A stretch of 59,658 bases of DNA. Origin: Armatimonadota bacterium (lineage in GTDB: Bacteria > Armatimonadota > UBA5829 > DTLH01). Position numbers and translations under genes: made by a program. The stretch lies in contig JBDKSP010000060.1 of NCBI GenBank assembly GCA_039680575.1, positions 1 through 59,658 on the forward strand, given 5' to 3'. Below are positions 9,517 through 19,499 of this stretch, piece by piece. Every line of letters begins with the position of its first letter. Positions within the stretch are counted from its first letter, which is position 1. The notes under the pieces were generated by a model. That model saw only the letters and a list, made by a program, of their open reading frames with translations. It was not told the origin of the DNA and did not search any database.

Positions 9517-10633
9517 TCGTTGAATCCTCTTCCGGTTGGTCGTTAATCAGGTTCGCGAAGATCATCTTCCCCGCCGCGGTCTGAAGAACGCTCGTGACTA
9601 TGACATCCACGGTAGTTCCCACCTGATTTCTGCCGCCTTCGACGACTATCATCGTGCCGTCGTCGAGATAACCTACTCCCTGGTTCTGCTCCTTGCCTTC
9701 CTTGATGATCATTGTGGTCATCACCTCGCCGGGTAAAACCACCGGCTTCAGAGCATTGGCCAGTTCATTGACATTCAGCACCTTAATGCCGTGAAGCCCT
9801 GCGACCTTGTTCAGATTATAATCGTTGGTAACAATGGCTCCACCAAGATTCTTGGCAAGTTCGACAAGTTTTGCATCGACTTCATCGGGGTAATCGTTGC
9901 CGTTACCCGCGTCATAGGTCTCGATCTGCAGACTCATTTCCTGTTGCATCTGGTTTAAAATGTCGAGTCCTCTTCGTCCACGTGCGCGCTTCAATGAATC
10001 ACTGGAATCTGCTATCTGTTGAAGCTCTTCCAATACGAATCTGGGAATATAAATCGGTCCTTCTACAAATCCAGCTTTACAAATATCGGCAATACGCCCA
10101 TCTATGATGACATTAGTATCCAGAATCTTAGGCTTGAGTGCGTGTAACGTTTGGAGCTTGTTCGGCATCGGAGCGCCTGGAAAATAAAGTCTGATCTGCT
10201 CCGTCATGGACAATGTAGCCGTAACGCCTATATAGCAAAAGATGATCGCAACAATCAGATTGGCCATAGCCGGTAACTCCAGGCTGATGCTGATGAGAAC
10301 AGTCAGGAGCAGTCCGATAAGAAGACCGGCTACTACAGCAATTTTGTCCTGCACGGACATCGTCTCTATCCCGCGCTTAAAGCGCTGCAGTTCGGCATAG
10401 AGCACTGTCGAGATAAGGAACCCTACAAGCATCCCGCCTATGGCAAAAGCCGATATAGCAAGAATGCGCTCCACCTTACTGAGCGGGTTCAAGGCACTGA
10501 CATCCATCCAGAAAAACTGACCTCTCGGCATCCCGAGGTTCCTGACATAGATCCTTGCAAGCCATGCTCCAACTGCTGCGCCGGTCACCATGAATGCCAG
10601 GGTAAATATAGTCCAGAATGTTCGTTTTCGCAT
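9461..10633 (-). CDS. yacL: Membrane PIN/TRAM-domain protein (YacL family)
   Basis: N-terminal TMs; [51 protein letters not shown]. Sits upstream of ispD as in Firmicutes. Confidence 0.92.
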   Translation of the reverse strand: MRKRTFWTIFTLAFMVTGAAVGAWLARIYVRNLGMPRGQFFWMDVSALNPLSKVERILAISAFAIGGMLVGFLISTVLYAELQRFKRGIETMSVQDKIAVVAGLLIGLLLTVLISISLELPAMANLIVAIIFCYIGVTATLSMTEQIRLYFPGAPMPNKLQTLHALKPKILDTNVIIDGRIADICKAGFVEGPIYIPRFVLEELQQIADSSDSLKRARGRRGLDILNQMQQEMSLQIETYDAGNGNDYPDEVDAKLVELAKNLGGAIVTNDYNLNKVAGLHGIKVLNVNELANALKPVVLPGEVMTTMIIKEGKEQNQGVGYLDDGTMIVVEGGRNQVGTTVDVIVTSVLQTAAGKMIFANLINDQPEEDSTIDRNIRSYSGGRPRRKIR

Positions 10634-10758
10634 ATCCGTATTTCACCTCCTTTCTAAGCTCTTAGACGTGGTGCTTATAGAACAATACCCAATGTACACC
10701 AAGCCTCTGCTTTTTTCAATTCTTTTAAAGCAGCTTTCGCATGCCCTATGACCTTGAA

Positions 10759-12846
10759 TTAGTCGCCGGGCACTAAAACAGCGTAGTTTGCATCCACTGT
10801 ACGCTCGAATGTGCCTGTCACACGGCGTCCACCGAGTAAAAATGACTTGTTGGCGGGGTTCCGGGTGCATTTTATGGTTATTTTTCCGTTTGTCGCCGCA
10901 ATCGTCAGCTCTGCGCTGTGGTATGTCAGCCCCTGGACCCCTATCCCGGTCAGAGCAGCAGGAATCTTCGGCTCGATCATCAGCCCTTCGGGTGTCGCAT
11001 CGACCCCAAGGAACCCGTAGAGGAACGACAGCGGTACCAGCGCAGTTTCGACGAACTCCGAGTCTATTCCGAGCGCGCCAACCTTGCTTCCGCCCTGCAG
11101 CACGCCGTGACCGGGCTTTGCGTAATAAGTGCCGTATCCGCCCGCATCCTGAACCTCTCCATACCAGCTCAAAATTCCGAGCAGCCTTGCGTATGCGTCA
11201 TCTGCGCTTTTGTATTTTATACGGTCCATAATGTCATAGAACGAGATGTATGCCGATGTGCCGCCGTCCTGCACCTGATCGCCCCATTTACCGCTTCTCC
11301 ATCCCCAGAAATACCAGTCCTTGTTCTGCTGAGTCGTAGCCCTGGGCGCAAACCGCCAGTGGTATATATCTTTTCCCGTGCTGGTGTCTCCTTTGATGAC
11401 CCGCTCTCCATCGAGCCAGGAGTAGATGCTTTTGGCCTTATCCGAATCCCCGAGGCCGTAATAAAGTGCTTCCAGGTTCAGATATACGAAGCCGTAATCG
11501 TGGCGTTTGCCTGCTGCGTCCTGGCAGCCGATAAACCGGCCTTTAGCGGCGTCCCAGAAGAGATCACCCGCCTTTTTCGCCACTGCCGTCGCTTGAGACT
11601 TGAACGATGCTCCATCTTCATTGAAAGGGTTCGATTTGATCTTCAACTTGAGCGCCGCATTCTCGATATCCGACATGGCGTTAAGCGCTGCAACATAATA
11701 GGCATTGGTATACGCGCTTCTGTACCCCATCGGCAGAAGGCTCCAGTAGTCGCTCCCCAACCCATAGCCGGTCCGGACTTTAGGTGATACGCCGGATGTG
11801 CCGTCATGTCCCCGATAAGGTATGACTACCATGCCTTCAGCATCGCCCCTAAGCTGCCCCCTCAGATAATGTGCCGCGGCTCTGATCCGGTCGATGTTTT
11901 TCCTGAGAAAATCATCATCGCCTGTCCAGAGGTAGTAGCGCCTGCTGGCAAGGATAAAACTGGTGTTATTGACCACCTGCCGGGTGTCGTAAGCGCAGTG
12001 AATCCGGTCGAGCGTGACATTGAACCCGTCCTCCGGTACATTGATTAGCGGCCTCAGCCTGAGCCCGGTAATCTTCCCCTTCCATCCCGGATGCTGGTAG
12101 GCCGCGAGGTAGTAGACCGACGGCTGAGCGGAGGATCTGGATGTGAACTCGATGCGGTTGTCCTCGGACCAGTTCGGCTCTTGGTCGGTAGTCCATTCAA
12201 GCGAAGCCGGTCCGGAGACCGTTGCGCTGAACTGGACAATGAGATAAGGCGATTGATAGGAGTCTATCGCAAGGTCATGCGCTTCGATGCATGCGCCGGG
12301 TTCCGTCAGCATCATTTTCCATGTGCCGTCATCGCCGATGGTAAGAGTAGCGCCGCCATCGAGTGTCCACCCGTCCTGCCCTACATCCGGACTGTCCCAG
12401 TCCCAACCTTTAATCTGCCCGCCGCTGTTTTTATAGGTCGGGAACGGCCATCCCATCTTGTCCCGGTAATCGGGACCGGCATATGTAAAAACATAGCCAT
12501 CGGAATCCATCTGCACCCTGAGGAGAAAGTCTTTGAGGTCGGCATTATAGTCTCGTCCGTTGGCTCTATTGATGGATGTGTCCATCCAGAGTGTCGTAAG
12601 CGCGTTCCACTCGCGCCAGAACGTCTGCTGATTACCCGAATAAGCACCCGGTCCCGGCAGAGCGCTCCAATGCCGCAGGAAAAAATCGTTCAACAGGTAA
12701 TCCTGCTCCAGAGCCGATGAAAAGAACCTGGGAAATGCCGAACCGGGTGCAGGTAGAAACCACGGCCTGCTCAGGTTTTCCGCAGGTGCAACTCCAGCAA
12801 GCGCTGCTACCAAACCCATGATTACCAACCACTGTCTCATAATCAC
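10759..12846 (-). CDS. Exported glycoside-hydrolase-like protein, probable (alpha/alpha)6 barrel
   Basis: Signal peptide; YYLWTGDDDFL, SAYTNAYY, LFWD..KGRF, LYGFLGVDA..GLMIEP. Family not resolvable by eye. Confidence 0.6.
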   Translation of the reverse strand: MIMRQWLVIMGLVAALAGVAPAENLSRPWFLPAPGSAFPRFFSSALEQDYLLNDFFLRHWSALPGPGAYSGNQQTFWREWNALTTLWMDTSINRANGRDYNADLKDFLLRVQMDSDGYVFTYAGPDYRDKMGWPFPTYKNSGGQIKGWDWDSPDVGQDGWTLDGGATLTIGDDGTWKMMLTEPGACIEAHDLAIDSYQSPYLIVQFSATVSGPASLEWTTDQEPNWSEDNRIEFTSRSSAQPSVYYLAAYQHPGWKGKITGLRLRPLINVPEDGFNVTLDRIHCAYDTRQVVNNTSFILASRRYYLWTGDDDFLRKNIDRIRAAAHYLRGQLRGDAEGMVVIPYRGHDGTSGVSPKVRTGYGLGSDYWSLLPMGYRSAYTNAYYVAALNAMSDIENAALKLKIKSNPFNEDGASFKSQATAVAKKAGDLFWDAAKGRFIGCQDAAGKRHDYGFVYLNLEALYYGLGDSDKAKSIYSWLDGERVIKGDTSTGKDIYHWRFAPRATTQQNKDWYFWGWRSGKWGDQVQDGGTSAYISFYDIMDRIKYKSADDAYARLLGILSWYGEVQDAGGYGTYYAKPGHGVLQGGSKVGALGIDSEFVETALVPLSFLYGFLGVDATPEGLMIEPKIPAALTGIGVQGLTYHSAELTIAATNGKITIKCTRNPANKSFLLGGRRVTGTFERTVDANYAVLVPGD

Positions 12847-14594
12847 TGACGTCCTTTCAACAACTCGAATTCTTTTCTTGCTTTTTTGTTCTTCGGGTCT
12901 ATTTTCAAGCCCTTCTCGTATTCAAGGACTGCTCCTGCAATGTCTTTGCTCTTTGCCAGAGCCCTGGCAAGGTTGAACCTGGCCTTCGTATTGTTGGGCT
13001 TTATCTCAACGGCTCTCCCGAATGATTCCGCCGCCGCCGTATAGTCCTTCATGGATGCAAGTGCTACTCCAAGGTCGTTGTGCACAACCGCGTCATTCGG
13101 TCTGAGCTTCAACAGTCCCCTTAGCACCCTTGCTTCGGATTTAAAATCTCCTAATCGGGAGTATACGACCGCGAGTTTTGCGCGAGATGCTTCGTCTTTA
13201 TGGTCGCGCTTTATCACAAATTCGTATTCTCTGGCAGCCCGCGAGAAATCATTGGAATCGCAGTATGTATCACCCGCATAAAGATGAATAATACTGAATT
13301 CCGGTCCAAGCTTAAGCATTCTTTTCATGAGCGCCATATTATTCGACCAGAGCGGGGCTCCGCCATAGGTCTGCATGGCGCAATAGAGCAGCACACCTGC
13401 CACACTCGCGGCAGATGCTACCGGCCAGATGTCGGCGAGCGGGCGAGGACAGATCGAGAGAAGGCGGCTAAACAAAAATCCGAAAAGAAAGCTGAACCCT
13501 ACTGAAGGCAGATATAAAAATCTCTCGCACAAAAACGGCCATGGCAGGCGAACGATATTCGATACGGGAAGCAGCGTAAATATCATCCATATAATGCAGA
13601 AACTCACCATACCGGACCTGCGTTTTGCCGACAGTGCGTATATCAGTAACCCGGTTATCACTGCCCAACCCGCCGCGACCAGGGGGAAACTTGCAAATGT
13701 GTACTTGATAAAGTCATGAAGCGGCTGGGCAATCTGCGGAAGAAACAATATTTTCAGGTACCATAGTATCGCCGTCGGAGCGACACAAATCCTGTACCAT
13801 ATAGGCAGATCATCCATTCCCATTGCAATCACACGCCCGAGCACGACCTGTCTGACTGCAAGATATACAGCAGTTACGGCCAAAAGCGGGATGATCCTGA
13901 CGATGGCTCTTCGTCGGGAGTGTTTCCGCAGGAATGAGTCCAGGACAAACATCATCAGAGGGACGACTATTACGACCTCTTTGCTCAAAAGTCCCATCAG
14001 GAGAAAGACTGCGGCTGCGGCATACCACCTGCGGTTGCCGTCGGTCAGATACTTGTCGTATGCGATCATAGCTGAAAGGGCGAAAACGGCGGCTAAGAGG
14101 TCTGTTCTTCCCGCTATCCAGGCTACACTCTCCGTGTGAGCGGGATGGACTGCAAATATCAGCCCCGCCAGAAGCGCAGCCTTGGTATTTTTCATCAGGC
14201 GCATGCCCAGCACGAACACCAGAAGCGTAACTATGATATGAAACAACAGGTTCGTGACTCTGTAGGCTGTGGGGCGCTGGCCGGACATCGCATAGTTTAT
14301 CATATAGGATACCGTCACTACGGGACGGTAGTAATTGCTCTTCATACTGATGCCGAAGAAATGCTGAGTAAATACTTTCGGTATATTCGACAGGCTGTGG
14401 ACCGTTTTGTCCGTACCGATGAGGTCTTCATCATCCATTATCAGTTCTCCCCTGAGAGAGAACATATAAGGGGTGGCTGCCGCAAGCACAAGCAGTACCA
14501 GGCACACGATCAGTCCGGTCCGGGACCGTACTTGTGCTTTATCCAACTGCGCAGGCTCCGTTAATTCTGATTTTTTCCGCTTTTGGCTCGACAT
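12843..14594 (-). CDS. GT-C-fold membrane glycosyltransferase with C-terminal TPRs (TMTC-like)
   Basis: DD motif, YYRP, HPAHTESVAWIAGR, SKE and ERFLYLPS; many TMs, then TPR repeats. Confidence 0.85.
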   Translation of the reverse strand: MSSQKRKKSELTEPAQLDKAQVRSRTGLIVCLVLLVLAAATPYMFSLRGELIMDDEDLIGTDKTVHSLSNIPKVFTQHFFGISMKSNYYRPVVTVSYMINYAMSGQRPTAYRVTNLLFHIIVTLLVFVLGMRLMKNTKAALLAGLIFAVHPAHTESVAWIAGRTDLLAAVFALSAMIAYDKYLTDGNRRWYAAAAVFLLMGLLSKEVVIVVPLMMFVLDSFLRKHSRRRAIVRIIPLLAVTAVYLAVRQVVLGRVIAMGMDDLPIWYRICVAPTAILWYLKILFLPQIAQPLHDFIKYTFASFPLVAAGWAVITGLLIYALSAKRRSGMVSFCIIWMIFTLLPVSNIVRLPWPFLCERFLYLPSVGFSFLFGFLFSRLLSICPRPLADIWPVASAASVAGVLLYCAMQTYGGAPLWSNNMALMKRMLKLGPEFSIIHLYAGDTYCDSNDFSRAAREYEFVIKRDHKDEASRAKLAVVYSRLGDFKSEARVLRGLLKLRPNDAVVHNDLGVALASMKDYTAAAESFGRAVEIKPNNTKARFNLARALAKSKDIAGAVLEYEKGLKIDPKNKKARKEFELLKGRQ

Positions 14595-14720
14595 TCCAAC
14601 CCAAGTTTACCAAACCACCGGTTAATCGGCAAGGAAAATGAGGATGTAGTAAAAGTTCACTCTTGCAAGAATTATATATCACCCTGAACAGAGAGCGCGT
14701 CGCTCTGAACTCTTGCAGGA

Positions 14721-14748
14721 TGTAACCGAAGTGTTTCGCGCGCGTCTA
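14721..14748 (+). promoter_or_regulatory. ECF-sigma-type promoter
   Basis: TGTAAC-N16-CGTCTA, close to the TGAAAC-N16-CGTC ECF consensus, upstream of a Spy/CpxP-like gene. Confidence 0.6.
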
Positions 14749-14789
14749 AACTGATGAAAGCCTACAGATCGAATGGGAGGTATTTTTTC

Positions 14790-15455
14790 ATGTTTAGTCG
14801 TACAAATAAGTATGCAGTATTGGTCCTGGCCGTTTTGCTGGTTACAGCGCTGGTCGTTATGGCAGCCGTAGCATCTCCAGGCGGAGCGAGGTCCGGCGGG
14901 AAGATGTGCCCGAAAGGCCAGTGCATACAGCAGGCTGCTGAAAAGCTCGGCTTGACGGACGCGCAGAAGGCACAGATTCAGACAATAGTTAAGAATCACC
15001 GGGAGCAGATCCGCCAGGCAATGCAGTCTAGTCTGACTCAGGAGCAAAAGCAGGCCAAAGTGCAGGAACTCCGAAAAGAAATGAAGAGCGCAATCGAGCA
15101 GGTCCTTACGCCTGAGCAGCGTGAGAAAGCCAAGCAGATGCGCGAAGAAGCACGCAAAGAGATGAAGCAGCGAGCCCAGGAGCGAATGAAGGCTCTCGGC
15201 CTTACTGATGAGCAGCTTGCGGAGATCAAAACCATCAAAGAAGCCGGTATGGAAAAGGTAAAGGCAATCAGAGCCAATACAAGCCTGCCTGCTCAAGAGA
15301 GAAGGAGCCAGATCCAGGCAGTCCGTAAGGATACACACGAGCAGGTGATGTCCGTTTTGACCCCTGAGCAGCGCGAGAAGTTTCAGCAGATGCATCAAAG
15401 AATGGGCCAGGGTAAAAGAGCACAACAGGGCGCAGCCTGTAAATTAGCTGAATAG
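14790..15455 (+). CDS. Periplasmic Spy/CpxP-like LTxxQ-repeat protein
   Basis: Signal peptide; LGLTDAQ, LTQEQ, LTPEQRE, LGLTDEQ and LTPEQRE form two tandem modules. GGGAGG RBS before ATG 14790. Confidence 0.8.
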   Translation: MFSRTNKYAVLVLAVLLVTALVVMAAVASPGGARSGGKMCPKGQCIQQAAEKLGLTDAQKAQIQTIVKNHREQIRQAMQSSLTQEQKQAKVQELRKEMKSAIEQVLTPEQREKAKQMREEARKEMKQRAQERMKALGLTDEQLAEIKTIKEAGMEKVKAIRANTSLPAQERRSQIQAVRKDTHEQVMSVLTPEQREKFQQMHQRMGQGKRAQQGAACKLAE

Positions 15456-15465
15456 CTGCCAGCAA

Positions 15466-15813
15466 TCAGCCGTCAGCTTTTATGCTGCGGGAATGGCAGG
15501 TCTGCATAATCTATTGATTTATACAGATTTAACTCCCGCAGCAGTAACATGTCGCAATAGCTGCGGAAACTGAATTAGGAGCAATAAGAAGGATACTCGC
15601 ATATCTTCCGTTTCCGCAGCATAGAAACGCGGAAGGTGGAGACTTACAGCAGCTGCTCTTATGCGCTGATGGACCGGGGGATCCATGCCCCGGTCCCCAT
15701 TCTCCAGGACATCCATGCCCTGCTGCCTATCGAATCTCCACCAATCTCTTTTCGCGTTTTTCGTGCTTCTTCGCGTATTTCGCGATTCAAAAACTAAAAA
15801 AGCTGACGGCTGA
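15466..15813. repeat. Composite intergenic repeat bounded by a perfect 15-bp inverted repeat; contains family A copy 2 (15667-15720)
   Basis: TCAGCCGTCAGCTTT (15466-15480) and AAAGCTGACGGCTGA (15799-15813); TTCGCG-type 9-mer run at about 15752-15792. Confidence 0.7.
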
Positions 15814-15830
15814 AAGCTGATAGCTAAATT

Positions 15831-16982
15831 TTACGCCGCCTGTTTGGCTTCGAACCTCGGCCTGTAGTGCTCGCACTTATACGACGCCGAATATTCGTCG
15901 GGAGATTCCGCCTCTGACATATAGACATACGAGCCGGATGTACTGCACCGCTGGTAGGTCTGGTCGTAGTTGCCGCAGTCGTAGCATCTCCTTAGGACCG
16001 TCCAGCAGACGGCACACCTGAGGCTTCCGATAAGTTCGATCCTGCCGCAAAGCGGGCAGTGAATGTAAACTTCCTTAAACCCGTCTCCGCTTCTCTGCAG
16101 CCCGACCCGAATTGCCTGGCCGAATTTGATAAGCTCGTCGGTAAGCTCCGACACGGCGGATAGAAGCTGGTTCGACGCTGAGCCGTCGAGAAAGTCCACT
16201 ATACGGTCGTTCAGCATATCGGACATAGTTGTCGAAGTCTTCAGAATCTGCTTCATATGGTTTTCCGCAGTCTGCGGTTTAAACGGTTTTCTTTTCTCGG
16301 TGCTCTTGCCGGCATGCCTCAGGATTTCCTGTGTCACATTGAGCGGCACCCGCATGAACGCCTCAGCCTTGGCGGGCATTTCTTTAAGAGCCTCTATCAA
16401 TTTTGTTGTTTCGTCTATCGAAAGCCGCTCGGCCTTGATCTTCCTCACAAGCCGCGACTGGGTCTTTTCATCTCCTGCGAAGGCCTTAAGCAGCCGTGCA
16501 TGGCCTTCGAGGAACGAACCGTCGTTATCCTCTTCTTTTCTAGCAAGCTCCTGCTGGATAGATTCTGGCAGATCGAGCAGTTCAAGGTAGCGCCGCAAAG
16601 TCGATTCTACTACTCCGAGGGTCTTGCTGCATTTCTCCCAGCTCATAAATGTCAGAAGCTGTTTTATCGCATGCGCCCGCTCGACAGGGTTCAAGTCTTC
16701 TCTCTGGAAGTTCTCAAGAAGCGCGTCCGCTGCCGCATCCTCGTCCGAAAGCTCTCTTACGATCGCCGGTATCTGGGTAAGACCCGCAAGAAGGCTGGCT
16801 CTGTAGCGCCGTTCACCCATAACGATCTGATACTTGCCGCTCGGCATAGGGCGGACGACGATAGGTTCCAGAACTCCTCTTTCTTTGATCGATTTGGAGA
16901 GTTCATCAAGGGTTTCCTGATAAAATGTTTTGCGGGGCTGTTCCGCAGTTGCTTCTATTAACGCCAGGTCCAGTAGCTGCAT
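15831..16982 (-). CDS. ParB/Spo0J-family protein with C-terminal Cys-rich (Zn-ribbon-like) domain
   Basis: QPRKTF, GVLEPIVVRP, GERRYRA, ENFQREDLNPVE, HTH region; tail CPLC/CAVC/CYDC/C..CEH. AGGAGG RBS. Confidence 0.88.
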   Translation of the reverse strand: MQLLDLALIEATAEQPRKTFYQETLDELSKSIKERGVLEPIVVRPMPSGKYQIVMGERRYRASLLAGLTQIPAIVRELSDEDAAADALLENFQREDLNPVERAHAIKQLLTFMSWEKCSKTLGVVESTLRRYLELLDLPESIQQELARKEEDNDGSFLEGHARLLKAFAGDEKTQSRLVRKIKAERLSIDETTKLIEALKEMPAKAEAFMRVPLNVTQEILRHAGKSTEKRKPFKPQTAENHMKQILKTSTTMSDMLNDRIVDFLDGSASNQLLSAVSELTDELIKFGQAIRVGLQRSGDGFKEVYIHCPLCGRIELIGSLRCAVCWTVLRRCYDCGNYDQTYQRCSTSGSYVYMSEAESPDEYSASYKCEHYRPRFEAKQAA

Positions 16983-17155
16983 TAGGACCTCCTTTTCATG
17001 TTGCTGGTGTATTTAACTGCACATCCATATAATTCCGCATTCTATGGAAGATTAGCGATTCATCCTGCAAACATGACCGGGTAAAAGGAGGCCAACAACG
17101 AAAACAGGTAATGGTACGGGGAGAGAAAATGTCATCCTGAGACATAGTTGGTTGG

Positions 17156-18559
17156 CTACTTACTGATCTTCCAGGCGATGTCGTAATTTCCTGAATCTGA
17201 ACTTTTTCCGGGAGGCTGAGGTTTCCCTCCATCGTCCTTCAGATTCGCTCCAATACTGTATACCAGGAAGCCACTCTTCTCCCGTTTATAGATAAAGGGC
17301 TTTCCGCTGAACGGGTCAGCCGGGATTTTCCATCCGAGGTGAGATTTCAGGTCTTTCAGGGATGCAGGATAACTACCGAATTTGTCTCTATAAGCCATTG
17401 TGGCAGCAGCAGCCTGTGCCAAGCCGGTGTTGGCGTAAACCTCATCTCTGGAGCATGTGATTCTGGAAACCGGTGCCAGAAGAATGTTTGATGTTACGGC
17501 ATGCTTTGGCCCGCGAATGTTCGGCAGCTTGATGAGATCGCGGTACGGCAGAGAGATCATCGAAATTTCCTTATCGATCAGATCATTGTAAATCCGCTGG
17601 TCTTCGTAAGATACAGGCCGCCAGGCGTAGCTCGCCAGACTGGCTAAGCCTTTTTCGAAGATATTTGTGTTTTCCATAGTGAAGTTGGGAAAACAGAAGT
17701 CGCCGCTCGCCGCCATAGATACCCACCAGTACGGCACATCTCCACATCCTCGCATCTTGTAAAAAACATCATTGCCGGCAATCCTTTCACCCTTCATTAC
17801 AATCTCATATTGTGGCTGGAGGTCGATCTTTGCCAACTCATCATAGATCGAATGTGCCTGATCTTCCGAAAGACGATGATCTTCCAAAACTATGCGAAAA
17901 CCGGTCAAGGTTTTACGTATACATGATTGCCTGCAGAGAAGAGAGATCAGGGCAGGCTCGGAACTGACCGAATCCGACATACGAATACCGAGGACTACAT
18001 CCTCAGTAACCTTATCGAGATTGTTGTCTTTGGCATCTATGACTGCCTTAGCCGCGAGTATTTCGGATATCCTTCTGAGTTTGCTGGTATGTGGAAACTG
18101 GGTTTCAAAACCTTTATTCCAGTCTATTGGGAAGACGCAATGGTGGCGTTTCTGCGCTTCTTTTACATAAGCTATGGCTGTATCACATTTGGCAAGGATT
18201 TCCTGTGCCTGAGGTTCAATTTCTTCCGGTTTTGTTATAGATGACTTCTGTGTTCCGAGCAATTCACCTAAAACCATGTAATTTGAAGGAGGTTTAGTCG
18301 CAGCAAAGCAAACAGCGTAGGCATCAAGATACAACGATGCCCCGTTTTGATCCTCGGGAACGGGTTTAGGCGCAAGTTCGGCGTATGTGAGCGGCTCATG
18401 CCGGGCTTTAAGCTCAGCTAACTTCCGGTCCAGCCCTTTCTTCATCGAAGCCATCAATACCGCATGGGTGATTAACACAACGACCAGAACAATAAGAACC
18501 ACTTTTGCCAGAATCCGCATCTTTTGCATAAAACCGGAAACTGTGGGCTTGAAAATCAT
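17156..18559 (-). CDS. Hypothetical membrane-anchored helical protein with pseudopilin(GspG)-like C-terminal motif
   Basis: One N-terminal TM; C-terminal YPASLKDL...DPFSGKPFIYK..GFLVYSIGANLKDDGG. Start codon uncertain. Confidence 0.6.
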   Translation of the reverse strand: MIFKPTVSGFMQKMRILAKVVLIVLVVVLITHAVLMASMKKGLDRKLAELKARHEPLTYAELAPKPVPEDQNGASLYLDAYAVCFAATKPPSNYMVLGELLGTQKSSITKPEEIEPQAQEILAKCDTAIAYVKEAQKRHHCVFPIDWNKGFETQFPHTSKLRRISEILAAKAVIDAKDNNLDKVTEDVVLGIRMSDSVSSEPALISLLCRQSCIRKTLTGFRIVLEDHRLSEDQAHSIYDELAKIDLQPQYEIVMKGERIAGNDVFYKMRGCGDVPYWWVSMAASGDFCFPNFTMENTNIFEKGLASLASYAWRPVSYEDQRIYNDLIDKEISMISLPYRDLIKLPNIRGPKHAVTSNILLAPVSRITCSRDEVYANTGLAQAAAATMAYRDKFGSYPASLKDLKSHLGWKIPADPFSGKPFIYKREKSGFLVYSIGANLKDDGGKPQPPGKSSDSGNYDIAWKISK

Positions 18560-18581
18560 TGCTTTCACCTCTCACATTTCG

Positions 18582-19499
18582 TTACCGCGAAAACTGCTCG
18601 CGGGAAGTATCTATCGAAATGTGTTTTCCATCCGTTGTGACGGTGATTCCGCCGTTCTGGTCGGTGCGGTAGACCTCTGCACCGGCATCCTGCAGTCTGG
18701 ATATTGTTTTGACGCTCGGATGGCCGAATGGGTTCCTCCAGCCGACCGAAACGATCGCATACCGCGGCCGTACAGCACCAAGCCAAGCGGCTGATGTGGC
18801 TCTTGCGCTTCCGTGGTGGCCTATTTTGATTACCTGCGCCGATATATCTCCGCATTCGGCAAGCATTTCTTCTTCGGCTTTCTTTTCCGCGTCGCCCATA
18901 AGTAAAATAGCGGTATCTTTATATTTGACCCTGAGGACGAGCGAAGTATCATTCATTCCCTCGTCGCCATCCGCTTCGGGAGCGTTGTCGGAAGGGTTCA
19001 GCGCTTCAATCGTCACACCATCGTGAAGATCGATCATCTGCCCGCGCCTGACCCGGCTGTAAGGGATGCCTTTTTTCTCTATTTCTTCCAACAAGTCCCT
19101 GTAAATACCGGACGGATGGACGATAGCGGAGTCGATAACCCGGTCTACGGCAAAGTTTCTCACGATGGACAAAGCCCCGCCTATGTGGTCCTCATGCGGA
19201 TGGGTCAAAACAAGCGCGTCGAGCTCATTCACCCCCTGCCTTCTGAGAAACGGAGTGACAACTTTTGCGCCTGCATCAAAATCGCTTTTGGCGTTCGGTC
19301 CGGGACCGCAGTCGACCAGGACCGTCCTTCCAGACGGGCTCTCGATGACTATCGAATCGCCCTGTCCGACGCTGAGGAACGTCACCTTCAGCGCCGGAGG
19401 ACGGGGTAGAAACGCCCATATCCATATAACCGCCGCTGTGATGCACGCAACGCTAAGAACGAGTCGTTCTTTTTGCTGAATTAATTCTCGAATACGCAT
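18582..19499 (-). CDS. ComEC C-terminal metallo-beta-lactamase-fold protein
   Basis: VTFLSVGQGDS, LTHPHEDHIGG, NDTSLV, GDAE, KIGHHGS, NPFGHPS, YRTDQNG; one N-terminal TM. Confidence 0.9.
   Translation of the reverse strand: MRIRELIQQKERLVLSVACITAAVIWIWAFLPRPPALKVTFLSVGQGDSIVIESPSGRTVLVDCGPGPNAKSDFDAGAKVVTPFLRRQGVNELDALVLTHPHEDHIGGALSIVRNFAVDRVIDSAIVHPSGIYRDLLEEIEKKGIPYSRVRRGQMIDLHDGVTIEALNPSDNAPEADGDEGMNDTSLVLRVKYKDTAILLMGDAEKKAEEEMLAECGDISAQVIKIGHHGSARATSAAWLGAVRPRYAIVSVGWRNPFGHPSVKTISRLQDAGAEVYRTDQNGGITVTTDGKHISIDTSREQFSR

Noticed and set aside
17036..17067. SigH-like promoter upstream of parB (AGGA...GAAT, minus strand)
   Set aside because: The spacer is 20 nt rather than the 18 seen at the other sites.
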